A DNA stretch of 27,088 nt from Candidatus Sulfotelmatobacter sp. (GTDB taxonomy: Bacteria; Pseudomonadota; Alphaproteobacteria; Ferrovibrionales; Ferrovibrionaceae): assembly GCA_035523835.1 (NCBI GenBank), contig DATKQA010000417.1, positions 1-27,088 of the forward strand. Reading direction: 5' to 3'. The translations under genes and the position numbers were made by a program. The notes under the pieces were generated by a model, which had not been told where the DNA came from, ran no database searches, and was given only the letters and a program-made list of their open reading frames with translations. The number at the start of each line of letters is the position of its first letter. Positions within the stretch are counted from its first letter, which is position 1. Shown here piece by piece: positions 15,237 to 23,524 of this stretch.

Positions 15237-15956
15237 TTAGCTGAACTTCGCCAAACTCTCGATCGACTTGGTCTGGCGATCGTTGTCGGCCTGGATCAGG
15301 CTTTGCGCCGCCTCGTAGCTGCGCTGCAGCTCGATCATCTTGGTCATCTCGGTGATCGGCTCGACGTTGGAGCTTTCGATCATGCCCTGCTGCAAGGTGC
15401 TGTTGCTGGCCGGCGTCGGCGTCTGGTCGGTGGCATAGAGGCCGGAGCCGGTCTGCTGCAGTGCCTGCTCGTTCTGGAACTGCACCAGGTTCAGCCGGTC
15501 GACGCGGCCGGAATTGTCGGAAATGGTCCCGTCCAGCGCGATGGTCGGCTGGCCGTTGCCGGAGTTGAGGGTGATCGGCTGCGAACGGTCGTCGAGCACC
15601 GCATAGCCCTCGCTCGTGGTCAGCAGCCCGCTGCTGTTCATCTTGAGGTGGCCGTTGCGCGTGTAGCGGGTGCCGGCGGGCGTGCTGACGGCGAGGTAGC
15701 CCCGGCCGTTGATGGCGACGTCGAGCGGATTGCTGGTGGTCTCCAGCTTGCCCTCTTGGGTGTCGCGGAGCACGCCGTAATCCTCGACGAATGACATCGG
15801 CTCGCCGTGCTGGGGCTGCATCAGGAATTCGCGGAACAGCACCTTCTCGCTCTTGAAGGCGGTGGTGTTCATGTTCGCGAGGTTGTTGGCGATCACATCG
15901 AGCTGACGGCGCATCGCCGTTTGCTGCGACAGGCCGATGTAAACCGAATTTTCCAT
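15237..15956 (-). CDS. flgF: Proximal rod protein FlgF (239 aa)
   Basis: MENSVYIGLSQQTAMRRQLDVIANNLANMNTTAFK, NPLDVAINGRGY, YTRNG and IESSNVEPITEM. Start set at ATG 15956. Confidence 0.95.
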   Translation of the reverse strand: MENSVYIGLSQQTAMRRQLDVIANNLANMNTTAFKSEKVLFREFLMQPQHGEPMSFVEDYGVLRDTQEGKLETTSNPLDVAINGRGYLAVSTPAGTRYTRNGHLKMNSSGLLTTSEGYAVLDDRSQPITLNSGNGQPTIALDGTISDNSGRVDRLNLVQFQNEQALQQTGSGLYATDQTPTPASNSTLQQGMIESSNVEPITEMTKMIELQRSYEAAQSLIQADNDRQTKSIESLAKFS

Positions 15957-16002
15957 GGCGCTTGCCCTTCTGGCCGCAAAGCTTCCGACTGCCGAAGCGG
16001 AC

Positions 16003-16018
16003 TGCACGCGGCGTGCCA
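16003..16018 (-). promoter_or_regulatory. Sigma54 promoter of flgFGAH
   Basis: Minus strand TGGCAC-GCCGC-GTGCA. Confidence 0.75.
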
Positions 16019-16082
16019 GTTGGCAAAGTCAAGGCCGGGCAAGCGAATGCGCGGGATTTCGCTGCCGGCGCGGCGATTTTCG

Positions 16083-16109
16083 GGCAAGCCTTACCCGGCA
16101 GAACTTGCC
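16083..16109. promoter_or_regulatory. ftr-like elements between flgF and fliL
   Basis: CCCGGC-AGAACTT-GCCC at 16094-16110 and imperfect GGC-AAGCCTT-ACC at 16083-16095. Confidence 0.65.
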
Positions 16110-16124
16110 CGGGAAGCTGCCGAT

Positions 16125-16140
16125 TTCACCTCTTATTAAC
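16125..16140 (+). promoter_or_regulatory. CtrA box upstream of fliL
   Basis: TTCA-CCTCTTA-TTAAC. Confidence 0.7.
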
Positions 16141-16206
16141 CTTCCCGACGGACAATCCCCCAAGTCAGCGGTTGCCTGCCGGCGGCCGCGCAATCCAGGT
16201 GTAGCG

Positions 16207-16725
16207 ATGAGTGATACCACCGCCGACGAAGAAGAGGTGGAAGGCGGTGAAGTCGCCGAGGCGCCGAAGCGCCGCCGCTTCAGCGGCAAGAAGATCGTGC
16301 TCTTCGTGGTGCTCCCGCTTCTGCTTGTCGGCATTGCCGGCGGCGCGGTGTTGAAATTCAACCTGCTGACGCCGGTGCTGAAGACGGTGGGCATGGATCC
16401 GGACGCGCCCAAGGCGAAGCCGGTCGTCTTCTATGACCTGCCGGAGATGCTGGTCAATCTCAACTCCACCACCAAGCAGGCGAGCTATCTGAAGCTCCGC
16501 GTGGCGCTCGAGCTCGACGATCCCCAGGCGGGCAAGAAGCTCGACGACCTGCTGCCGCGCGTGCTCGACAATTTCCAGGTCTATCTGCGCGAGCTGCGCA
16601 TGGAGGACCTGAACGGATCCGCCGGCCTCTATCGGCTGAAGGAGGAGCTGCTGCTCCGCATCAACGCGGCGGTGGCGCCGGTGCACGTCAACGACGTGCT
16701 GTTCAAGGAAATGCTGGTGCAATAG
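16207..16725 (+). CDS. fliL: Flagellar basal body-associated protein FliL (172 aa)
   Basis: Acidic N-tail, one TM (IVLFVVLPLLLVGIAGGAVL), FYDLPEMLVNL, YLKLRVALE and PRVLDNFQVYLREL...GLYRLKEELLLRIN. Start ATG 16207. Confidence 0.95.
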   Translation: MSDTTADEEEVEGGEVAEAPKRRRFSGKKIVLFVVLPLLLVGIAGGAVLKFNLLTPVLKTVGMDPDAPKAKPVVFYDLPEMLVNLNSTTKQASYLKLRVALELDDPQAGKKLDDLLPRVLDNFQVYLRELRMEDLNGSAGLYRLKEELLLRINAAVAPVHVNDVLFKEMLVQ

Positions 16726-16733
16726 GTCTGGGC

Positions 16734-17852
16734 ATGGCGGAAGGCGACAACACCAACGAGCCGGTCGACAACGACGCCGTCGCGGCGGAATGGGCCAAGA
16801 TGGCCGAGGCCGAGCAGCCGGCCGACGATGCCTTTGCCGCCGCGCCGGCGGCGGGCGCGGCCGCGATGCCCTCGCCGGGCCAGTCGACCCGCGTCCTGAA
16901 CCAGGACGAGATCGACAGCCTGCTCGGCTTCGATTCGTCCGATGATCAGGACAAGGACCGCTCGGGGATCAAGGCCATCATCAACAGCGCCCTGGTCTCC
17001 TACGAGCGCCTGCCGATGCTCGAGGTGGTGTTCGACCGGCTCGTGCGCATGATGACCACGTCCTTGCGCAACTTCACCTCCGACAACGTCGAGGTCTCGC
17101 TCGACAACATCACCGCCATCCGCTTCGGTGATTATCTCAACTCCATTCCGCTGCCGGCGATCCTTGCCGTGTTCCGCGCCGTCGAATGGGACAATCTCGG
17201 CCTGATCACCGTCGACAGCTCGCTCATCTACTCCATCGTCGACGTGCTGCTCGGCGGCCGCCGCGGCACGGCGGCGATGCGCATCGAGGGCCGGCCCTAT
17301 ACCACCATCGAGCGCAACCTGGTCGAGCGCATGATCACCGTGGTGCTGGCCGACATGTCGGCCGCCTTCGAGCCGCTGTCGCCGGTGACCTTCAGCTACG
17401 ACCGCATCGAGACCAATCCGCGCTTCGCCACCATCGCCCGACCGGCGAATGCCGCCATCCTGGTCAAGCTCAGGATCGACATGGAGGACCGCGGCGGCCG
17501 ACTGGAGCTGCTGCTGCCCTATGCGACGCTGGAGCCGGTGCGCGAGCTTCTGCTGCAGATGTTCATGGGCGAGAAGTTCGGCCGCGATTCGATCTGGGAG
17601 AACCACCTGGCGACCGAGCTCTGGTCGACCGACGTGCAGATCGATGCCGTGCTGGACGAGCAGGTGATGTCGCTCGGCGAGGTGATCAACCTCGAGGTCG
17701 GCAAGACCATCATGCTGAATTCGACGCCGGACACCTCCATCGTGCTGCGCTGCGGCGGCATTCCGATGGTCACCGGCAAGATGGGCCGCGTCGGCAGCAA
17801 TATCGCCGTCCGCATCGACCGTTCGTTGAAGAAACTGGGAGCGCCGACATGA
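16734..17852 (+). CDS. fliM: Flagellar motor switch protein FliM
   Basis: CheY-binding LNQDEIDSLLG, YERLPMLEVVFDRLVR, EGRPYTTIE and a C-terminal SpoA-like domain. Confidence 0.97.
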   Translation: MAEGDNTNEPVDNDAVAAEWAKMAEAEQPADDAFAAAPAAGAAAMPSPGQSTRVLNQDEIDSLLGFDSSDDQDKDRSGIKAIINSALVSYERLPMLEVVFDRLVRMMTTSLRNFTSDNVEVSLDNITAIRFGDYLNSIPLPAILAVFRAVEWDNLGLITVDSSLIYSIVDVLLGGRRGTAAMRIEGRPYTTIERNLVERMITVVLADMSAAFEPLSPVTFSYDRIETNPRFATIARPANAAILVKLRIDMEDRGGRLELLLPYATLEPVRELLLQMFMGEKFGRDSIWENHLATELWSTDVQIDAVLDEQVMSLGEVINLEVGKTIMLNSTPDTSIVLRCGGIPMVTGKMGRVGSNIAVRIDRSLKKLGAPT

Positions 17853-18262
17853 TGCTGAACCTGGCGGTGGATCTGCTTGTCGCCGGCCTCTGCGTCGCCA
17901 CCATCGTCTACTGCTTCATGCTGAACCGGCGGCTCGACAGCCTGCGCGCCGGCCATACGGAGCTGCGCGGCCTGATCGCCGAATTCAACAAGGCGACCGA
18001 GAAGGCACGGGTCGGCGTCGCCGAACTCAAGCTCGCCGGCGAGGAAGCCGGGCGGGCGCTGCAGGAGCAGACGACGAAGGCCCGCGGCCTCGCCGACGAA
18101 CTCTCCTTCATGAACGACGCCGGCGGCCGGCTGGCCGATCGGCTGGCGCACGGCATCGAGGCGGCGCGGCGGCAGACGCCGAAGCCTGTCGCGGTCGATG
18201 CCGAGCCGCCGCGCTCCGAGGCCGAACGCGAATTGATGCAGGCGCTCCGGCGCGTGAAATAG
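17849..18262 (+). CDS. Single-pass membrane coiled-coil protein downstream of fliM (PflI/DUF6468-like), 137 aa
   Basis: N-terminal TM (LAVDLLVAGLCVATIVYCFML), coiled coil and conserved-looking tail RSEAERELMQAL; ATGA overlap with fliM. The family call rests on position and architecture. Confidence 0.6.
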   Translation: MMLNLAVDLLVAGLCVATIVYCFMLNRRLDSLRAGHTELRGLIAEFNKATEKARVGVAELKLAGEEAGRALQEQTTKARGLADELSFMNDAGGRLADRLAHGIEAARRQTPKPVAVDAEPPRSEAERELMQALRRVK

Positions 18263-18287
18263 GCTCACCGGTTAAGGGCACACTGGC

Positions 18288-19181
18288 ATGAAGTTCCGCC
18301 TTCCGACCAGCCGTCTGCGCGTGGTTCCGCTCACCATCTTCGCCGCGGCGATCCTGGCCGGGTTGAAGCTCGGACAGGTCCTCGACCTGGCGAGCGCCGC
18401 TTTCGGCGTGCCGCCGGCACAGGCGGCGACGGAGGCCGATCAGACGCCGCACAAGGCGACCGGCGCTCCACTGCCCCTGACGCCGGCCGGCGCCAAGCGC
18501 GCCGACACGGCGACGCAGACCGCTCCCGCCGAGGCGCCGGCCAAGGCGGCCCCGCCGGCGCCGGCGGCCGCCGCAGCCCAGCCGGCCGCACCGCCGCCTG
18601 CCGCAGCATCCACGCCGGCGCCGGGCGCAGCGCCGCCGGCCCAGCCGGCCGCGCCGGCCACCGCCGACAATTCGGTGATGCCGGCGCCCGCGAGCGAGGC
18701 GCCGAAGGCGCCGCCGCCACCGCCGACGCCGCCGAAACGCGATCCCACCACCTTCACCCAGGCGGAGGTCGATCTGCTGCAGAACCTGTCGACCCGCCGC
18801 GACGAGCTCGACAAGCGCGCCAAGGATATCGAGATGCGCGAGAGCGTGCTGGCCGCCACCGCGAAGAAGGTCGACGAGAAGATCGCCGCCCTGAAGCAGA
18901 TCCAGGACAATATCCAGGCCCTGCTCAAGCAGCGTGACGCCGCCGACGAGCGGAGCCTGAAGAGCCTGGTCAAGGTCTACGAGAACATGAAGCCGAAGGA
19001 TGCGGCGCGCATCTTCGAGAAGCTCGACATGCCGATTCTGCTGCAGGTGGTGGAGCGGATGAAGGAGCGCAATCTCGCCGCTATCCTGGCCGAGATGGAT
19101 CCGGCCAAGGCGAAGTCGATCACCATCGAGCTGGCGACGCAACACGAGCTGCCGACCAAGGCGCCGGCCGGCAACGGCTGA
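18288..19181 (+). CDS. motE: MotE-family periplasmic motility protein with a long Pro/Ala linker
   Basis: N-terminal hydrophobic anchor, ~100-aa Pro/Ala low-complexity linker, coiled coil (RRDELDKRAKDIEMRE) and LVKVYENMKPKDAARIFEKL...ERMKERNLAAILAEMDPAKA. Confidence 0.75.
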   Translation: MKFRLPTSRLRVVPLTIFAAAILAGLKLGQVLDLASAAFGVPPAQAATEADQTPHKATGAPLPLTPAGAKRADTATQTAPAEAPAKAAPPAPAAAAAQPAAPPPAAASTPAPGAAPPAQPAAPATADNSVMPAPASEAPKAPPPPPTPPKRDPTTFTQAEVDLLQNLSTRRDELDKRAKDIEMRESVLAATAKKVDEKIAALKQIQDNIQALLKQRDAADERSLKSLVKVYENMKPKDAARIFEKLDMPILLQVVERMKERNLAAILAEMDPAKAKSITIELATQHELPTKAPAGNG

Positions 19182-19252
19182 GCCGTGCCCGGCGGTTGCT
19201 GGCGTGAAATCCGGCGCGAAATGCCGTTTTCCCTCGGCCGGTGACGACTGGC

Positions 19253-19268
19253 TTAATCACAATTTAAC
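19253..19268 (+). promoter_or_regulatory. Perfect CtrA box upstream of cheY
   Basis: TTAA-TCACAAT-TTAAC. Confidence 0.85.
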
Positions 19269-19343
19269 CGCCTTGCCGCTAGCTTCTGGAGCGCGGTTTT
19301 GCGGCCGGCGCGTTCCACATTAGTGCCTCCCGAGGAGCAGACA

Positions 19344-19730
19344 ATGGCTGTCGACAAGAATATGCCGATTCTGATCGTTGACGATTACAAGACGATGCTG
19401 AGGATCATTTCCAACCTTCTGAAACAGCTCGGCTTCGGCAACGTCGAAGAGGCCACCGACGGCAGCATGGCGCTCGGCAAGCTGCGCGAGCGTAACTACG
19501 GCCTGGTCATCTCCGACTGGAACATGGAGCCGATGACCGGCCTGCAACTGCTCAAGGAGGTGCGCGCCGACGAGCGGCTGAAGGGCGTGCCCTTCATCAT
19601 GGTCACCGCCGAGAGCAAGACCGAGAACGTGGTCGCCGCCAAGGCCGCCGGCGTGAACAACTACATCGTCAAGCCGTTCAACGCCGAGACGCTGAAGAAG
19701 AAGCTCGAGACGGTGATCGGCGAGTTCTGA
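19344..19730 (+). CDS. cheY: Chemotaxis response regulator CheY (128 aa)
   Basis: Stand-alone receiver with IVDD, ISDWNMEPM (phospho-Asp), MVTAE and YIVKPF. RBS GAGGAG before ATG 19344. Confidence 0.92.
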   Translation: MAVDKNMPILIVDDYKTMLRIISNLLKQLGFGNVEEATDGSMALGKLRERNYGLVISDWNMEPMTGLQLLKEVRADERLKGVPFIMVTAESKTENVVAAKAAGVNNYIVKPFNAETLKKKLETVIGEF

Positions 19731-19756
19731 GGCGACGGCAGAACGGGGACCGCGCC

Positions 19757-20404
19757 ATGGCCGCAAACGCGTACAAGACTACTCTCAGCAGAAGGGTCGA
19801 GGCGCTGCAAGCCGAGCGCGGCGACAGCGTCAAGCTGAGCGAGGTGGCCGGCGTCGTCGAGAGCCTGATGACGACGATGGAAGGCGATATCTCCGCCATC
19901 GATATCCAGATGCACCGCGAACTGCAGGAGCTCGCCGACTACATCCGCCGCGCCAAGGATGAGATCGCCGCCATCCAGCCGCAGGAGATTCCCAACCAGC
20001 ATATTTCCATCGCCACCGACGAGCTGGACGCAGTGGTGCAGGCGACCGAGCAGGCGACCGGCGTCATCCTCGATGCGGCCGAGCAGCTCGGCGATCTGGC
20101 GAAGAAGCTCGAAGGCGACGCGGCCGCGCAGATCGACGCCATCACCACGCGCATCTACGAAGCGTCCAATTTCCAGGACATCACCGGACAGCGCATTACC
20201 AAGGTCGTCCGTACCCTGCATCACATCGAGAACAAGGTGACCGCCCTGGCCCGCGCCTTCGGCCACGACATGCAGGCTTCGCCGGCGGCCGGCGCGGTCG
20301 CCAAGGCGGCCGAGGGCGACCTGGCGCTGCTCAACGGTCCGCAGATGCCGGACAAAGCCAACTCGCAGGCGGATATCGATGCCCTCCTGGCGAGCTTTGA
20401 CTAG
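19757..20404 (+). CDS. cheZ: CheZ-family phosphatase (alphaproteobacterial type)
   Basis: Catalytic SNFQDITGQRITKV (DxxxQ) and C-terminal CheY-binding helix NSQADIDALL. Confidence 0.88.
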   Translation: MAANAYKTTLSRRVEALQAERGDSVKLSEVAGVVESLMTTMEGDISAIDIQMHRELQELADYIRRAKDEIAAIQPQEIPNQHISIATDELDAVVQATEQATGVILDAAEQLGDLAKKLEGDAAAQIDAITTRIYEASNFQDITGQRITKVVRTLHHIENKVTALARAFGHDMQASPAAGAVAKAAEGDLALLNGPQMPDKANSQADIDALLASFD

Positions 20405-20441
20405 CCGCAAGACCGGCCGGCGCGCCGGGCGCGCGGCGGCA

Positions 20442-23423
20442 ATGCACAAGCTCGCCGATCTGCTGCCGTGGCTGTTCGTCGCGCTGTGGATAATGCTTTC
20501 GGCCGCCTTCGCCGGCGAGCACGTGGAGGTCAGGGCGGCGACGCACGACAATTTCGCCCGCATCGTCTTCGAATGGCCGCGCGCCGTCGCCTTCAAGGCG
20601 GCGGTGGCCAACGACCGGCTGACCGTCGAATTCAAGCAGGATTTCGCCGGCGACGTCGCCGTCGTGGCGCATCGGCTGGATGACTACATATCCGCCGCCG
20701 AGGTGGCGGCGGACCGCAAGTCGGTGACCTTCCGGCTCAAACGGCCGGTCACGCTGAAAACCTCCGGCCACGGCAAGCTGGCCATTCTCGACCTCTATCC
20801 CGAGAAGGCGGCAAAGCCGGCGGCCGAGAAACCCGCGGCCGAGAAACCCGCGGCGACGAAAACGAAGAACGCCCCGCCCAGGCCGGCCGCGACCAAGCTC
20901 GCCAAGGCAAACGAGAAGGCCGCGACGGCGGCGGCCAAGGCGGCACCGGCAAAGCCTGAGCCGGAGCCGAGCAAGCCTGCAGCCGCACCTCAAGCGACAG
21001 CCGAGACCGCGCCGCCGTCGCCCGCGGCAACCCCATCCGCACCGGATACCGGCCCCGACCGGCTGAGCACGCGGGTCGAGGGCACGAGCGGCGGCGCGCG
21101 GCTGCATTTCGCCTTCAACCATCCGATGCCGGCGGCGGTGTTCCAGCGCGGCGCCTCGCTCTGGCTGGTGTTCGGCCGCGCCGCGGCGGTGGATCTCGCC
21201 GGCCTGGCAAGCGACACGACGGGCTCGGTGCTGCGCGCCGAGCAACCGGCCGTGGCGCAGGGCACCCTGCTGCAGCTTCATATCAAGCCGGGCCTCGCGC
21301 CCGTCGTCGGCCGCGCGCAGAACGAATGGCTGGTCGATCTGGCGCCGGCCACTTCGGCAGCGCTGCCGGTCGCCGTCGAGGTGCGTGCCGAACCGGCGGC
21401 GGCATTGGGGCCGCGGGTTTTCCTGCCGGCGCTCGATGCCGGTCCGGTGGTGAGCCTGACCGACCCCGACGGCGGCGAGCGCCTCGCCGTGGTGCCGCTG
21501 CTCGGCGCCGGCCTCGGCATCAACCTCAGCCGCTCCTTCCCGCAGTTCGAGATTCTGAAATCGGCCCAGGGCGTGCTGGTGGCGCCGAAGACCGACCAGA
21601 TTGTGGTGCAGCCGCTGCCGAACGGCGTCGCCATCACGGCCAGGAGCGGCCTGCTGCTGTCGCAGACCCTGCCGAAGCAGAAGAACGCGCCCGACCCGCA
21701 TCCCAGCATGTTCCACGTTGCCGCCTGGCGCGGGCCGCCGGGTGAATTCGTCGCCACCAAGCAGGCGCTGCAAAGCGCGCTGGCGAAGGCGTCGGAACTG
21801 CAGCGCACCACGGCGCGCTACGCGCTGGCCCAGTTCTATTTTGCCAACGGCTTCGATGCCGATGCGCTCGGCGTGCTGACCCGGCTCGCCCAGCAGGACC
21901 CGCATGCCGCCGACGAGCGCGCCTTCCATGTGCTCCGCGGCGCGGTGGAGGTCGGGCTCCGCCGGCTTGACGACGCGGCAGCCGATCTCAACATAGCGGA
22001 ACTGGCGCAGGACCCCGAGGCGGCGGTATGGCGCGGCGCGCTCTATGCCGCGCGCCAGGACTGGGACCGCGCGCGCGACGAGTTCATCCGCGGCCGCAAT
22101 GCCATGGGGGAATTTCCACCGGACATGCGGGCCAGGCTGCACCTGGCCATGGCGCAGGCCTTCGCCGGCAGCGGCGATCCCGGCAGCGCCAAATCCATCC
22201 TGAGCGTGGTGGCGCACGAGCTTGGCCGCGACCACGCCTCGCTCAACCTTGCCGGCGAAGCGGCCCTGCTGCACGGCGAGGCGGAAGAGAAGCTCGGCGA
22301 CAACATGGCGGCCTCGACCGATTTCAAGGTGGCGGTGGCCTCGACCAACCGCGCCGCCCGCGCCCATGCGCTTCTGGAGCAGGCGAATTTCCAGCTCAAG
22401 ACCGGCGAGATCAAGCCGGCCGAAGCCATCCAGCGGCTGGACGGGCTGCGCTATTCCTGGCGCGGCGACGACCTGGAACCGCGTGTACTGCGCCGCCTCG
22501 GCCAGCTCGATGTCGAGACCGGTGACTACCGCGGCGCCCTGACCGTCTGGCACCAGCTCGCGTCCTATTTCCCCAAGACGCTGCTTGCCGTCGCGGCCGA
22601 GAAGGACATGGCGAGCACCTTCGGCAAGCTCTATCTCGACGGCGAGTCCGATCGCATGCCGGCGGTCGAGGCCGTCGGCCTGTTCTACGACTTCCGCGAT
22701 CTGGCGCCCACGGATGCGCGCGGCGACGAGATGATCCGCAAGCTCGCCGACCGCCTGGTGAGCGTCGATCTGCTCGGCCGCGCCGGCGAACTGTTGCAGC
22801 ATCAGGTCGAACATCGTCTGAGCGGTGAGGAGAAGGCGAAGGTCGGCACCCGGCTCGCCGTCATCCGGCTGCTTGACCACAAGCCCGACCTGGCCCTGCA
22901 GGCGCTCGAGGTCAGCGCGGTGCAGCCGCTGCCCGATGCGCTCGCCGCCCAACGCTCGCACCTGCAGGCGCGCGCGCTCGCCGATCTGAGCCGCTACGAC
23001 CAGGCGCTCAAGGTGCTGGCCGGCGACGATAGCCGCGACGCCAAGCTGCTCCGCGTCGACATCGCCTGGCAGCAGAAGGATTGGCCGGGGGCGGTGCAGG
23101 CCCTGACCGCGCTGCTCGCCAACCGCGACCAGGATCCGACGCCCTTCACCGCGGCGGACCGGCAGAGCGTGTTGCAGCTTGCGGTGGCGCTTTCGCTGAC
23201 CAAGGACACCGCCGGCCTCGACCGTATCCGCGGACTCTACGCGCAGCGGCTCGCCGGCGCGCCGGAGGCGGATGCCTTCCGCGTGCTGACCAACCGGGTC
23301 GACAAGGACAACACCGAATACCGCAACCTGGCCACGGCGATCGCCGGCATCAATCAGCTCGAAGCCCTCATGGCCGGCTACCGCGCCAAGCTCAAGGGCG
23401 GCCAGCTCAGCGCCATCAACTAG
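20442..23423 (+). CDS. Large secreted protein (993 aa): beta-rich N-terminal domains, Ala/Lys/Pro linker, C-terminal TPR/alpha-solenoid
   Basis: Signal peptide ending SAAFA; beta-type segments (VEVRAATHDNFARIVFEW, ARLHFAF...VFQRGASLWLVF); helical repeats (ARYALAQFYFANG, AVWRGALYAARQDW, LLQHQVEHRL). Start ATG 20442 follows the cheZ stop. Confidence 0.8.
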   Translation: MHKLADLLPWLFVALWIMLSAAFAGEHVEVRAATHDNFARIVFEWPRAVAFKAAVANDRLTVEFKQDFAGDVAVVAHRLDDYISAAEVAADRKSVTFRLKRPVTLKTSGHGKLAILDLYPEKAAKPAAEKPAAEKPAATKTKNAPPRPAATKLAKANEKAATAAAKAAPAKPEPEPSKPAAAPQATAETAPPSPAATPSAPDTGPDRLSTRVEGTSGGARLHFAFNHPMPAAVFQRGASLWLVFGRAAAVDLAGLASDTTGSVLRAEQPAVAQGTLLQLHIKPGLAPVVGRAQNEWLVDLAPATSAALPVAVEVRAEPAAALGPRVFLPALDAGPVVSLTDPDGGERLAVVPLLGAGLGINLSRSFPQFEILKSAQGVLVAPKTDQIVVQPLPNGVAITARSGLLLSQTLPKQKNAPDPHPSMFHVAAWRGPPGEFVATKQALQSALAKASELQRTTARYALAQFYFANGFDADALGVLTRLAQQDPHAADERAFHVLRGAVEVGLRRLDDAAADLNIAELAQDPEAAVWRGALYAARQDWDRARDEFIRGRNAMGEFPPDMRARLHLAMAQAFAGSGDPGSAKSILSVVAHELGRDHASLNLAGEAALLHGEAEEKLGDNMAASTDFKVAVASTNRAARAHALLEQANFQLKTGEIKPAEAIQRLDGLRYSWRGDDLEPRVLRRLGQLDVETGDYRGALTVWHQLASYFPKTLLAVAAEKDMASTFGKLYLDGESDRMPAVEAVGLFYDFRDLAPTDARGDEMIRKLADRLVSVDLLGRAGELLQHQVEHRLSGEEKAKVGTRLAVIRLLDHKPDLALQALEVSAVQPLPDALAAQRSHLQARALADLSRYDQALKVLAGDDSRDAKLLRVDIAWQQKDWPGAVQALTALLANRDQDPTPFTAADRQSVLQLAVALSLTKDTAGLDRIRGLYAQRLAGAPEADAFRVLTNRVDKDNTEYRNLATAIAGINQLEALMAGYRAKLKGGQLSAIN
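20820..20854 (+). repeat. 15-bp tandem repeat encoding AAEKP x2 in the linker
   Basis: (GCGGCCGAGAAACCC)x2 + GCGGC. Confidence 0.8.
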
Positions 23424-23524
23424 CGACCGGGAAAACCTCGCGGAACGAACCGCCGTTCCTCCTCCTGCGGAGGTTGACGACGAGGGCGAGCGTTTCGTGC
23501 CGGCGCGCCAGCTTCTGATGTATT

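Noticed and set aside
18261-18275. TTAA upstream of motE as a CtrA box
   Set aside because: Only a half site; the position N7 upstream reads AGGC.
20331-22961. 876-aa minus-strand ORF
   Set aside because: Antisense to the signal-peptide/TPR gene; it overlaps cheZ and shows no motifs.
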